Positions 35,870 to 49,397 of a stretch of DNA of 64,000 bases are shown in pieces (position 1 is the first letter of the stretch; the number at the start of each line of letters is the position of its first letter). Source of the DNA: Mobula hypostoma (taxonomy: Eukaryota); the NCBI RefSeq assembly GCF_963921235.1, contig NC_086111.1:36084001-36148000 (forward strand), read 5' to 3'. The notes below the pieces were generated by a model. That model was not told the origin of the DNA. It saw nothing but the letters and a program-made list of their open reading frames with translations, and made no database searches. The position numbers and the translations under genes were made by a program.

Positions 35870-37943
35870 TCTGCGGCATCCCAGTAAAAGCTGTGCCCTT
35901 CTTGGTCTTCATGTACCGAGATCAGCAACAATGGATCATGTCTCCATACTGCCAGTTTGTGTCCCTTCAAACTAGTTGAAAGCATGGGATACTTGAAGAC
36001 CATCATCTTGGAAAAGGTCACGATGGTCAATATTGTACTTAAGTAGGGTTAACCTGGAGAGAAATGTGGAGACGACTGATTTGACTTTGATAAGAATTGC
36101 ATCATTTCCTTGAAATTGCAGATAGATTTCATTAAACTTTGCAAATAATTCTGACAAATAAGTAATGTCATGCCTAATATTCTTGAGTTGATAACTGAAT
36201 GAAGCATTAGAGTCTTCAAAGAATCTTATCACAGTTTCAAAGAGCGCATAAGTGCGTCTCAGGTAGTTTCCTTTTGAGAGCCATCTGACTTGATGCAAGC
36301 ATCAGCAAATGCTCAGACGGTTCATCATTCTCAATACAAAGCTCTCAAAATAGTCAGGAATGGAGAGTATGGGATTTGATTCTGTTTACTGCTGTGATAA
36401 CAGCATTTAAGAATTTCTGCAGCAGACAGCTTAGGTTTGCTTGTGACAAGATATTGTCTGTGAATTACACAGTGAATGGTAAATATATTAGGTGTAACAT
36501 TTTTCAGGAAAGTAAAACCCCCCCACAGTGGTGTCCTGTCATTGATGATGCTGCATCTGCTGCACAAGTAAGAATGGTTGTGAGTGGAATATTGTCCTCT
36601 TTGAAAAAATGCCCAACAACCTGAAATATTGACTCCCCTTTCATATCTGTTTCTGGTCCCTTGCAAATAACAATTCTTGAATCATGCTTTCATCTTATAT
36701 GAAGCAAACATAAACGAGAAGCAACGATTCATTGCCTGGCAATGTTGACCCATTCAACTCCAGAACAAAATCTGTTGTTGTAAGTTTGTTGCACAATGTG
36801 TCTTCCACGTTCTCAGACATTTCACCTATTCGTCTTTGAACAGAGTTGTTGCTCTGTGGAATCACTTTAATTATTTGGTCTGGTGACTTTATGCAAAAAC
36901 TGTACTCAGAACTTCCCTTACTGCTGGAAGAATTAGTTCTTCTCCAATTGTTTGGAGGTTTCCAGATTTAGTAATGAGCAATTAAATGTTGTATGAAGCA
37001 TCTAAACTATCACTGTATTGTTGAGAAGTGCTGGCAAACATTTTTAAAGTGTTTTTTTGTTTCTACAAGCTTTCATGAAGTGACTGAAAATAAGCCAATT
37101 TTTTGTTTGCTTTCTCAGAGTGTGTTCTCTTCAAATGTTCAAGGAGCCTGTGCAGTTTATTTGCGTCATTTGAAAAAGACATTTTCACACAACAGACACA
37201 TTGGCTGCTGTTGGTTGCTTGGTGCTGGCATCAAACCATATTTCAGATACTCCACACTGTGCTTCTTTTTCATTTAGTCTGCTTCTGTCTATTTTGTTAT
37301 GGATTAATGATCATAGTCTGTTGTTTAAATCCAATGACAAGAACTGTGATCAATAAAAGGGAAAGTCATGATGTTGTCATAGCTCAGGCAAAACCGGACT
37401 CGCTGCCTAAAGGTATATAAAATGGGGCAGTGATATCATGGTTAGACCGTAGAGACATACGGCCAAGACCACTAAAAAGCACAGATTCTGACTTGTACCC
37501 CATTGAACACCATACCCTAATTCACAGGAATTGCATCATTATTTGATTTGAGTTTACTAGCTAACACTGTACTACGGTAGTGAACGACAATAATGCATGG
37601 ATTGGGCCCAGAAATAACAAGATTTCTTCAGTCCAGATTTCTCATAATATCCCAAATGCAGAAGTGTCACATTGCTTTTCAATAACTATAACACACTTTG
37701 AGCAAAGCCTAAGAGACCGGTGGGTTGGCAGATGATGAGGCGATCTTGTGATGATTATAATCAATTGTGAGGCACTGAGGATCAAATGTTTATAATAAGT
37801 AATAAATTTCTTAAATTAGGCCTGTATTCCCTCAACTGCCCTCCTTGCTACTGATTCCCCCCCCCCCACTTTATATTCCTTGCCCCCTTAGGCACTGCCA
37901 CTGCCCCTGGGACATGCGATACTGCCCCATTCGGGAACCACTG
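35870..37943 (-). mobile_element. hAT-Charlie/Buster transposon with decayed transposase (3' end missing)
   Basis: TIR CAGTGGTTCCCGAA at 37943 (minus). Fragments YSVEYLKYG..PMCLLCE (BED finger), FTIHCVIHRQYL, VRWLSKG, YLSELFAKFNE. Confidence 0.88.
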
Positions 37944-38194
37944 ACCTAGATGCATTTAATTATGGCAATTATACCTAATTTCACCAGTTCCTCTGACTGT
38001 GCATTGCAGATATCAACCACACTCTGTGGAAAAAAAAAACTTACCCCTCAGATCGTCTTTAAAACCTATCCCTTCTTGCTTCTGATACTCCTGTTAGGGT
38101 TCATTCTGGGGTTATGGAATTATGGATGGAAAAAAATAGATCAACCAAAACGAGAACAAGTCTTCAGGAAACAGTACAGTGAAAGAGATCACCT

Positions 38195-38405
38195 TGTGCT
38201 TTACCTGTCACCTTCTGTTTTCTTCCTCCCTTCTCCCCACCTTCTTACTCTGACTCGTCATTTATTTTCTCCATTCCTGATGAAGGGCCTTGGTGTGAAA
38301 CATCGACTGTGCTCTTTTCCATAGATGCTGCCCGGTCTGCTGAGTTCCTCCAGCATTTTGTGTGTGTGCTTGGGTTTCCAGCGTCTGCAAATTTTCTCCT
38401 GTTTA
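38195..38405 (+). mobile_element. Penelope pLTR fragment with hammerhead core
   Basis: CTGATGA 38277-83 and GAAA 38297-300 with a disrupted stem II, then the common CATAGATGCTGCC..GCTGAGTTCCTCCAGC end. Confidence 0.8.
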
Positions 38406-39460
38406 TATTTAACAACACTGTTTCCTTTAATGTTAATTAAAATAATATTTAACAAGAATCTGTGAAATACCAAAACATATGTCTCTGTCCAGAAAAAGTG
38501 GATCTTTATCAGAAGAAAAATTAATTCGCTCATAAATAGTGCACTTTGGGTCTTAGTGTGATTTGCTTGAAGCTGGGAGAGAAGGCACCTTATGTGATGA
38601 TCCTCCATAGAACTGACAGAATAAATTCTTGCCTCAGTCCTTGCTTGGGATTTCTATTCCCAAAAGTGACTCCTGTGAGTGGTCAATGTAGGAATCAAAT
38701 TCAAATGACAGAGGTTGTAATTAAAACTACAGGTCACCAGCAAAGTAGTCCATCATATCATTATTAGAGCTACTAATCATTCTGTAATCAGTTTTGAAGC
38801 TTAATTTAGTGATGCTCAGCTTCAATTCCAATATATCTTTATGAGTCTGAAGCTTTGCCTCATTGTTCCACCCACGTAATGAAATATAGATTTATCCTTT
38901 TTCTCCTTTCACTATTTTTACATCTTTTGTAAAAGCGATTCTCAAAACATTCTAACCGAACTGAAACAGAAAGCCGTCTCCTGTCTTTCCTTCTTGTTCT
39001 GATCCTTAACACTATGAGCATTCTTCTACCTCCTCAATCTCTATGCGTATTCTTTTTGCCCTCTCTATCCATCATTCTCTACCAGTGCTCAATCTCCTTT
39101 CATCCTTCAGCCGCCTACAAAATACCTCTCCCTAAGTAGCTTACAATGACATTTTCACATTTCCAACTTTCTGATATCTGGGTTTCCATTATAGTTTCAC
39201 CTCTGGCCTCTTAAGACTAAGTGATTCCACCCGAAAAGCTGAAAGCAACACACAGACAAATGGTCTGCAATGGATATTTTGCTGCACAATTCTTTAAATA
39301 ACTGATTTAGGAGGCAAATGACACAGCATTGGTATTGATCATCACATATATGTGAATTCTACAGTTTCGTGATATTTTTTATTGTAGTATATGTAGTAAC
39401 ATGTCACTAAGAACTTTTTAGGTATATTTGTCAACTGACAGTTGCTGACAAACATCTCAC

Positions 39461-39518
39461 CCAAGAACAAAAGCAAATGTAAATATAGACGACAAGAAAA
39501 AGATGGAAGGCCTGTGAT
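39461..39518 (-). other. Candidate host-gene exon, 58 nt
   Basis: Strong acceptor gtgtttatttcttttacag and donor TGG/gtgaga in unique sequence. All three frames are open. Confidence 0.6.
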
Positions 39519-39559
39519 CTGTAAAAGAAATAAACACAGAAGATTAAATAATCGAAGCA

Positions 39560-39850
39560 GTAAGAGATGAGCTTTACTTGTCACATGCATATTGAAACAT
39601 AAGTGAAAAGTGCTGTTTGTGTCAATGAACAACAAAGTCCAACGATGTGCAGGGGGCAGCCCACAAGTGTCATTATGCACCCTGCATCAACAGAGTATGC
39701 TCACAACATTCAGGCCCTTACTAATCCGTATGTCTGTGGAATGTGGGAAGAAAATAGAGCACCCAGAAGAAACCCATATGGTCCTTATAGGCAGCAGTTG
39801 CAATTGAATACTGATCACTAGCGTTACACTAGTCATTACATTATCATGGT
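39560..39850 (-). mobile_element. V-SINE-like element
   Basis: CGTATGTCTGTGGAATGTGGGAAGAAAATAGAGCACCCAGAAGAAACCCA V-domain pattern. Confidence 0.65.
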
Positions 39851-40227
39851 TAATCAGCCATTGAATATCACTCCTAGTTTCTTGCATTAGGGCACTCAAA
39901 ACTCTCTAAACACTGAAGTGTAACAGTCAGCTCTATTTAATATTACAGTCACTCGATTCTTCCTACCAAAATGGATAACCTTACATTTCCCCGTCATATC
40001 TTCTTTCAGATATTCTTTCTCATACTCAGTTCTCCTCTCTACATCTATTTACAGATTTTTAACACTTTCTCACAAATTATTTTCCAACCTGTCTTTTAGT
40101 GGATGTGAATAAAATACATTCTATCCCTTCATTTAAATTATCAATGAAGATCATAAATGATTAGGGCTTAGACCTGACCCTGATTCAAAGTTCAAGATCA
40201 AAGTAAAATATATTATCAGAGTACATA

Positions 40228-40575
40228 CAGTGTTTATAAAAAGTATTCACCTGCCCCGCACCCCCCCCCCAGAAGTTTTCATGCTTTATTGTTTTATAGC
40301 ATTGAATCAGAGTGGAGTTAATTTGGCTTTTTTGGACATTGATCAACAGAATAAAATTCTTCCATGTCAAAGTGAAAACGGATCAGTACAAAGTGATCTA
40401 AATTAATTACAAATATAAAAGACAATATAATTGATTGCATAAGTATTCACCCCCTTGTACAAACATTTGTATATGACACACGAAATTATCACTGGTGAAA
40501 CCAATTGGTATTAGAAGTCACATAATTAGTTAAATTGTGATAACCTGTGCGCAGTCAAGGTGTTTCAATTGATCG
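40228..40575 (+). mobile_element. Tc1-like transposon end (IR/DR type)
   Basis: TA-CAGTG start, with direct repeats AAGTATTCACC at 40241 and 40441 about 200 bp apart. Confidence 0.75.
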
Positions 40576-41094
40576 TACTTAGCCACACAGTCATTGATGT
40601 AAAGCAAGTAGAGCAGGGGGCTAAGCACACATCCCTGTGGTGCTCCTGTGCTGACGGTGACAGTTTCCCAGCTTGAAAATAACTTGTCCATTGTTTATTT
40701 GTTTAATACTTTTCTGTTTTTCTCTCATTTCACCAGGCTCACTACACCTGAACTGACATTGCTTATTCCCTCACTAGGTCCACAATATACATTTTTCAAA
40801 AGAGCTGTGAATTCAATGCAAATTCTCCCAATTTTATCAGCTGGTCATTTAATAGGTCGTTATTCACTATGATTGTTGCATAACCTTTGATTTAAAAAAT
40901 CCCTTGTTTGCCAGCTGATGGTCCCCAAAATATAGCGATGATTCAGAAGTATTTAGACAGCACTATTAGAAGATTACACAGTGAAATCTTTTCCAGAGAT
41001 GCCTACCCTGAAGAAGTTTAAATCTTCCCTTCAGGAGCTCAGTGAAACCCTCTCTCACTTCTCCCCCTCTGCGATCCCTGCTGCTCTCTGACTC

Positions 41095-41260
41095 TTCACC
41101 TAGTGTTTCTCTCTCCTCTCCCCCATCTTTTAAATCTACTCCTTGTCTTTTTTTCCCTCCAGTCCTGCCGAAGGGTCCCGGTCCAAAACGTTGACTGTAC
41201 TTTTTTTTCCATAGATGCTGCCTGACCTGAATTCCTCCAGCATTTTGTGTGTGTTGCTCC
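41095..41260 (+). mobile_element. Penelope pLTR fragment, mutated hammerhead
   Basis: AGTC-CTGCCGA-AGGGTCCCGGTCC-AAAA-CGTT-GACT, then the common PLE end. Confidence 0.75.
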
Positions 41261-41519
41261 TTCCTGAGTTGTTGGCCCTCATCTCTATCCAAATGATTTC
41301 ACTATTGAAATAAGCCGAGCGTTTTTTCCACATATTGGTGAATTGCTACACCAACTGCACAAAATCTATATTTTTCTCTAAAAGAGCAAAGATTAAGACT
41401 TTACAAACCAAAGGCTATTCGGCTGCTGGAAGAGGAATGCTCAGTCAGAAATCATGATAGAAACATGTCCATGAATTTGTAAGAAATACAGATTGCCCCT
41501 AAATTCATCAGTGAATAAA

Positions 41520-42270
41520 CCACTCATTATAGCAACTGTATGCTGTATGGAGTATTGTGAGCAGATTTGGGTCACTTATCTAAGATGTGCTGGCATTGGA
41601 GATCATCCAGAGAAGATTTATGAGAATGAGTCAGGTCCTGTACTCACTGGAGTTTTGAAGAATGGTGGGGGGGGGGCGGGATTTCATTGAAACCTAATGA
41701 AGACAGAAGGCCAGACAGAGTGAATGCGGAGAGCAACACACATCAAAGTTGCTGGTGAACGCAGCAGGCCAGGCAGCATCTCTAGGAAGAGGTACAGCCG
41801 ACGTTTCAGGCCGAGACCCTTCGTCAGGATATTGAGTCCTGACAAAGGGTCTCGGCCTGAAACGTCGACTGTACCTCTTCCTAGAGATGCTGCCTGGCCT
41901 GCTGTATTCACCAGCAACTTTGATGTGTGTTGCTTGAATTTCCAGCATCTGCAGAATTCCTCTTGAATGTGGAGAGGATGTTTCCTATAGTGGGTGAGTC
42001 TAGAACCAGAGGACACAGCCTCAGCATAGGGGGGACGTCTGTTTAGAATAGAAATGAAGAGGAATTTCTTTAGCCAGAGGGTGGTGAATCTGTGGAATTC
42101 ATTGCCACGGACACTTGTGGAGGTCATTGTTTAGTCAGGGTATCAAAGGTTACAGGGAGAAGGTAGGAGAATGGGGTTGAGAGGGATAATAAATCAGCCA
42201 TGATGGAATGGCAGAGCAGATTTGATGGGCTGAGTGGTCTTATTCTTCTCCTATGTCTCATGGTCTAAAT
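41520..42270 (+). mobile_element. CR1 3' fragment (host of the mini-PLE)
   Basis: TGGAGTATTGTGAGCAG, TCTAGAACCAGAGGACACAGCCTCAG, TTTAGCCAGAGGGTGGTGAATCTGTGGAATTC and a CR1 tail. Confidence 0.85.
41734..41963. mobile_element. 230-bp palindromic mini-Penelope insertion with back-to-back hammerhead motifs
   Basis: TSD TGAATG(C/T)GGAGAG at 41721-33 and 41964-76. Inverted arms of ~97 bp around a ~7-bp spacer. The minus-strand core is intact (41796-41829); the plus-strand core is CTGACAA (41835-41870). Confidence 0.9.
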
Positions 42271-44579
42271 ATGGTTCCAATGTCAATGAATTTCAGAAGC
42301 AAAGCAAAATATACAGACACCAGGATATGGCATTTCCATTAGGGCATGTTTCTATGCAGGCAAAAGAAAGGTTAAAGGACAGGAAGTAATTTATGCAAGC
42401 ATTATTTTCCAAAGGTCTCTGTCAAAGCTAGAAAATATTTTCTAGACATTTTCCTGTTTTCTTCCAGTTTTTCCCCAGATTGTTACCTATTTGAAAAACT
42501 TATGAAATGTCTCAAATAGTTGAAAACTGGTATTTAAATGGATAATGGTTATCTCCAGTTAAAAGGGGTTGGATATCAGGAAATAAATGCCTAGAAACTG
42601 TACTCAGCTTTTAAAAATATCTTTAGGTGTTGCCCGCAATTTTTGAGAGACCTAACTGGAGATGATGTTTACTTTAAATAAAATCAATGTGACATATGAA
42701 ATAAGACAGGTCTTCAATACTTAAATATGGGCAAAAGCTTTCTGTAATTCCCACAAATGCATATGGGAAATTAATTGGCCTCCACTGGGAGGTAGAGCAC
42801 ACTGGGAAAATATGGGGAAGTGTCTTTATGGAGATGATTAAAGTAACGGACTGGATTTTGAGCAAGGTATGGAATAGAGAACATTGTGTGAAACAGCCTA
42901 AAAAGCAAGACCCAAGGAGATTGTGCCGGGGAAGTGTATAATGGACAGGAAAACAATTGGTGGTCAGTTGGCATAAGGTTCATAGCAGTAATAGAGAATA
43001 GGGTTAGAAGAAAAATTGGAGTTCAATATTACTTCAGAAAGCTGTCACCAACAAAAACACTGTGTCAGCAGAAGGTTAGTACTGAGGGAGCCCTTGGGCC
43101 AATTCCTCATGAGCTAGGATATATGATCAACTAGCCATCATACAGGTCTGTCATATGCTGGTTAATAGCTTTTTATTGCATTTCAACTGAACAATAGAAA
43201 GTCACAAAATCTTTTGTATCTAAAAGCAGAGGGTATAGGTTGAAGGAAGGGAAAAAGGCTTAAAGGGCGACAAAGGAAGCTATTTTTACATATTGAATGG
43301 GTGGGAGCTGAAATGCACAGCCTGGCTGAAACGTGAAGGCCTGCGTTCTCACAACATTTAAGAAATGTCCGGTTGAGCACTTGAGTTGCCAACATATAGA
43401 CAGTATAGACTAAGTGCTAGTAAATGGGTACTTAAGATTCAGCATGAACAAGGTGGGCTGAGGAATAAACTCCAATATCCGGAAGGACAAGGCAGGAAAT
43501 CAATAAGAACACCATCAATCCCAGTTTCCGATTTTAGTCACCTACTATTCCAACACGGAAACATGTCAGACTCTTTTCATCATGACTCATAGCCTCACAT
43601 GACTCACTACCTTCACTATATTAACTGCTCTCATTTGAGATGAAAGCTTGCAGCTATTTATGGAAAAGCAATAGCCAAATGGTCAGAATATGTTGGCCTT
43701 GTCACACTCATTTTCACAATAGATATTTTTTTTAAACTCAGTAAAACCCATTTTGCAGTTAAGTTGTATGCATAAATCAGCATTTTATACTTTTATACAT
43801 GGAACAAATCAATGTTTTGTCAGGTTCATTTCAATATTTTATTGACAACACCCATAACTCAATTCAGAATCAGAATAAAAGTGCACTTGTACATGAGAAT
43901 TTGAATACCTGACTGCAAGCAAATAAGTCAGATCATAAATTAAAATAAGGAAATGTTACAGTAACATTTAAGGTTTGCACTTCATATCAAGTTCTAGTGT
44001 GGACGACTTGTGCTAATTCACTATTTCCTTCTAAATATTATTCATTCAAAAAACTAATTACAGATTCATCAAAATTGTTAAAAGGAATAAACTTTGGGGG
44101 AAAAAATGTTTATAAGCTTCCAGGCTGCATAAATTATATACTTAGATGGTGGCAAATTGAAAGCACAACTCAGATATTGATCTAGGCAGTTTTCTATGAC
44201 ATGAGTTAATATAGGAATTATGACAATCTGATATAAATGCCAATAAAAATCCTAACATAAATCATCAATGAGAGTTGGAATAAGATGAATCTACTCAGGA
44301 TCACCTGGTCACTCAACACCAGCTCTTTGAACAAGAGAACACAGCAGCACTTCTACTAAGCATGGCATCCTTAAGCAGATGAAGGTCTGCTTAAGTGCAG
44401 GACGGGGAGTCTCCAAGCCAGGCTGAAACACAGAGGAATGAAACCCCCGCTTCCCAGCATCTTGTTAACAAATGTGCATTCACTGGAGAGCAAAAATGAA
44501 GACATGAGGGCAAGATTGCTGGGAAATGAGAGACTGTTGTGTTCTATGTTTGACCAAGACATGGCTTACTCCCAGCAGG

Positions 44580-44950
44580 CCAGCTAGAGCAATCAAACCC
44601 AGACGTGTCTCGATTCACAGGAGGGACTGAACTGCTGACTTAGAAAATGCAAAAGGTGGAGGTAGGTGTTTCATGATTAAACTCTTGGTGGTGCACCTAT
44701 GTGGTAGTTTTATTGAACTCGTGGTCACCCAATCTTGAACACGTAATGATCAAATCCCGTCTCTTCTATTTACCTAGGGTGTTCTCATTCTTGATCCTCA
44801 GCGGAGCTTACATACCATCAGTGGCTGACTATAATCAAGTGCATGATGCTGTCTCCAAACAAGAAACAATCCATCCCGATGTTTTTCAAGTCATAGTTGG
44901 GACTTAACCAAGTTTGTTTGAAAAAATTCTTGCCCAATTAACATCAGCAT
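44580..44950 (+). mobile_element. Rex1/Babar APE fragment
   Basis: SPNLEHVMIKSRLFYLPRVFSFLILSGAYIP. Confidence 0.75.
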
Positions 44951-44959
44951 ATATTGAAT

Positions 44960-46980
44960 GGACTTTATTTCTTACATCCTGTACATACATAAGGAGAAAA
45001 ATCTTTACGTTACGTCTCCGCCTAAGTGTGCAATTGGTAATAAATAGTATGTACAAAAGGATGGTCAATATAATTGTGTCAGCGTGAATTAATCATTCTG
45101 ATGGCCTGGTGGAAGAAGCTGTCTCAGAGCCTGCTGGTCCTGACTTTTAATCTGTGATACAGTTTCCTGGATGGTAGTAGCTGGAACAGTTTGTGGTTAG
45201 GGTGACTCGGGTCCCCAATGATCCTTCGGGTCCTTTTTACACACCTGCCTCTGTAAATGGCCTGATTAGTGGGAAGTTCACATCTACAGATGTGCTGGGC
45301 TGTCCGCACCACTCTCTGCAGAGTCCTGCTATTGAGGGAAGTATAATTCCCATGCCAGACAGTGATGCAGCCAGTCAGGATGCACTCAATCGTGCCCTTG
45401 TAGTAAGTTCTTAGGATTTGGGGTCCCATACCAAACTTCTTCAACCATCTGAGGTGAAAGAGGCACTGTTGTGCCTGTTCACCATACAGCCGTTATGTAT
45501 AGACCACGTGAGATCCTCAGTGATGTTTATGCTGAAGAACTTAAAGCTGTGCACCCTCTCAACCCCAGATCCATTGATGTCTATAGGGGTTAGCCGGCCT
45601 TCGTTCCTCCTGTAGTCCATAACCAGCTCCTTTGTGTATACAGCCATGGGTATACAGTGAGTAAAGAAGGGGGCTTAGGACACAGCCTTCAGGAGCACCT
45701 GTGTAGAGGGGCAGAGGTGAGGGAGCCCATTCTTACCACCCGCTGGTGAACTGACAGGAAGGTCTGGATCCATCTGCACAAAGGAGGGTGAAAGCTGAGT
45801 TCTCTGAGCTTCTTGTCAAGCCAGTAGGGAATTATGGTGTTGAATGCTGAACTGTAGTCCAAGAACAGCATTCTCATGTAAGCATTCTTCTTTTCCAGGT
45901 GTGTAAGGACGGTGTGTAGAACTGTGGCTATTGCGTCATCTGTCGATCGGTTGTGTCGGTAGGTGAATTGTAGGGGGTCCAGTATGGGTGGTAGCATGCT
46001 GCAGATGTAGTCCTTGACCTGCCTCTCAAAGCATTTGCTTATTATTGAGGTGAGTGCAACAGGACGCCAGTCGTTCAGACATGTTACCTTGGTCTTTTTA
46101 GGTACAGGGATAATGGTGGATATTTTGAAGCAGGAGGGCACTCTACACTGGGAGAAGGAGAGACCCACAGCCTTACGACTGTCCACACGTTAGAAACACC
46201 TGCGTAGGTCACCCTCAGAGATGACCAAGGTGCAGGTTACTTCGGCAGCTCTCTTCAGGGGACATCAAACTGAGTGTTTATATAAAAAAAAGATATAGCT
46301 CATTTGCTATAGAGGCAGCAATGTTGGCAGCAACACTATGCTTAGTTTTGAATTCTGTAATGGAGTGCAGACCTTGCCATAAACTGTGTGTGTTGTTGGT
46401 GGAAAGTTTTGTCTAGGTCTTGTCCCTGTATTGTCATTTCATTGCCTTGATGACTTTGCATAGATCGTAGCTGCATTTCTTGAATTCCTGTTGGTCACCG
46501 GCAATGAAAGTTCCGTCTCGCACAGAACTGTTGATCTAGAGTTTCTGGTTTGGGTAGACCCTAACCGATTTTTTTTTATATATAGCATCCTTGATGCACT
46601 TCCAAATGAAGCTCGTGACCCTATCTGTGAACTCTGAGACATCCTCATCACGAAAGACATTCCAGCTGATGTTATCAAAGCAGTCCTGTGGCATGGAGAC
46701 CGATTGGCTGAACCAACAATGGTCGTTTTCAACTACGGCTGCCTCTTGTTTCAGCCTTCGGCCTGTACATTGGCAGAAACAAGATGGAGGAGTGATCTGA
46801 CTTTCCAAGCGGTGGACGAAGGAGCACTTTGTAAGCGTTGCAGAAGGGAGAGTAGTAGTGGTCGAGTATGCTATCCCCCCTGTGAGCTCCCCTGGATGAG
46901 ATGACAAAACTTCGGAGAGACTTTAGACAGCAATGCTCTATTAAAGTCTCCGGCAACGGTGAAGGCAGGCCTTTCTCTTT
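44960..46980 (-). mobile_element. Rex1/Babar LINE (APE C-terminus plus RT plus 3' end)
   Basis: [60 protein letters not shown]. Confidence 0.92.
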
Positions 46981-48179
46981 GGGGGTCAAGTGGGGTTAAA
47001 GCATTTTAACAGTGTCGTGATCTCTTGGATATTCTCCAGATTTAAATTCATTTCAAATACTTCAAACTTTCATTTTCTAAATTATTTGTCTGGACCTCTA
47101 TTATTAAAACAGAAACATACTTACTGTCTTGGATATTAGATCAAAGAAAAAAAATTAAACTTGCACAAAACAAGAAGAAAGTACAGGTCTATGTGTCACA
47201 AATGAGCATTGTAAATGATAATCAGTTTAATTTCAAGAAAATTGTCACGTAAAATAATGACGGAATTTTAGATGAGAATGGCATCATATTAATGATGCAC
47301 ATTCTTATAAATGCATTCATTTATCAGCAAATTCAAAGATTATCTGATGCACCACAGATTGAAAATATCCTGAACTTGTTGGATAATTTACATCACGCTG
47401 CAGTTTGCTTTGCAAAAACACACCTCATCCTGAGCCTTCACATCATTTTAAGAACTTTTTTTGTATTTGCATATAGATAACCCATTAAACTTGTGACAGA
47501 CTGTTAGCCTGGAATTTAACAGCTTAAACACCCCTTTAACAATGTGATAAATGTTATTATGATGTCAATCAATCATTCTGACCCAGCAAAGGAACAATTT
47601 TAACTGTTCCATAACAATCCTGCAGGTTGTTAGAGATTTTACAAATGCTAAATTTAAAATGTTATTTCTTCCCTATTTTCTTTTGTGTTTTTTCTCTTTT
47701 CTCTATAAATCCTGATATCCTTGTAAGCATTGTAGGTGAAAGAATAATTTTGTTATGAATTTGTCCATAATCAAAACACAAAAAGCAGGAAGGGAATTTA
47801 ATATGAGACAATGAGTGAAAATTCCTCAAGCGCAGTTGCTTTTTCCTTCTGGGTGGGGAGATGAGGGAAAATGTCATTTCCTATCTTCTCTTGGCAATTC
47901 AGACCACTTTATCATTTGTGCCATCTCATGTCACATAAGTTGTTTTGGTGCCTTCTGCTGATCTCCTCAGCTCCGAAATTGCCTTTGCTCTTATCAGTAA
48001 TTTCTTATCGTATCATTTGCCTTCAGACATGTCGTCTGCTTGAGGTCAAATCCTTGAGGGTTTACTTCTTGTCTTAGTTTCTCCTTCAACAATCATTTTG
48101 GTATTAAGAGTCATATATTTATGATTAGTGTGACCAGATAAAATCTGTAGAGCTTCAAACTGTTCCATTAATTTTGACA

Positions 48180-49020
48180 TTCGCGTGGACTACGCAAACA
48201 ACCTTCGACAGATGCGCTGCTGAGAGCATCCTAACATGCTGCATCACTGCATGGTACAGAAACTGGACTGCGGTATACAGGAGGGCTCTACAATGGGTAG
48301 TTAAAACCGCCCAATGCCTCACTAGCACCAGCCTACCCTCCATCAAGGACACAAATACAGAAAAGTGTTGGAAAAAGACCAGCAGTATCATGAAGGATCC
48401 CACCTTCCCTGCTTATGGACTGTTTGTCCTATACCCATCAGGGAGGAGGCTACGCAGCATCCACACCTGGACGACTGGACTCAAAATCAGTTACTTCCCC
48501 CAAGCTGTCGGGCTGATCAACACCTCCACCCATTAATCCACCTCACCACGACTACATGCACATCAGCCACTCCTCTCTGCAGCCCCTCAGCACCCTTCAT
48601 CCCCCACCCCCATGCACTGCCACTTTACGCTTACACTCCACACCTCATACTCACACTGACGGTCACTGTCCGACCGGTTTTCATATACCCTGCTGCAACC
48701 TAGAAGAGCTCCACTTGCCAAGAGTCACTTTGTCACGTTATTATTTCCTGCCGAAGTCACCTTATGTACATATACTCCTGCACCTAGTGTCACTTTATGT
48801 ACATGAAATCAGTCTATGTATATAAGCTAATCTAATGTATATATGGCCACACTCAAACAGTTACTTACACAGTGAGGTTTATAGGATTGCATTTGTATTT
48901 ATATTTATTATATTTTTTGTTTTTATTGTGCTTTTTATGCTGCATTAGATCCGGAGTAACAATCATTTTGTTCTCTTTTACACGTGTGTTCTGAAGAATG
49001 ACAATAAACAATCTTGAATC
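48180..49020 (+). mobile_element. Rex1/Babar 3' fragment
   Basis: ESILTCCITAWY..LQWVVKTAQ..PSGRRLRS, then AATAAA and an AATCTTG tail. Confidence 0.85.
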
Positions 49021-49397
49021 GTCAGAATTGATATTTTGGTGTGTTATTATTTGACGTGTTCACATTAACATCAAATCAACCATAAAAAAACAGTTCTATT
49101 GTCATTGCTGACCACTGTAATTCATTTTGGTCTATATTCTATGTTGTGTGTTAGACAAATAAACTGTAACATGACAGCAGACTGCATATGAATTTAAAGT
49201 GCAAAAAGGTCAAAAGGCTTCATTGGAGGACATCATCTCCTGATGGCCATCAGTTCAAAAATATCAGCTTCTTGGAGGATTGCCTGTGATTCACCTGCTC
49301 TCTGAATCTAGCTTCCACATGAGGTCCGGTCACTCTCTTAAATGAGACTTAGATCAGGACAGCACACAGAAAATCTTGTGTACAGCAGTGGTGATAA

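Noticed and set aside
42551-42663. 11-bp inverted repeat ATCTCCAGTTA/TAACTGGAGAT
   Set aside because: Too short, with no clear TSD or second copy; may be a MITE remnant or chance.
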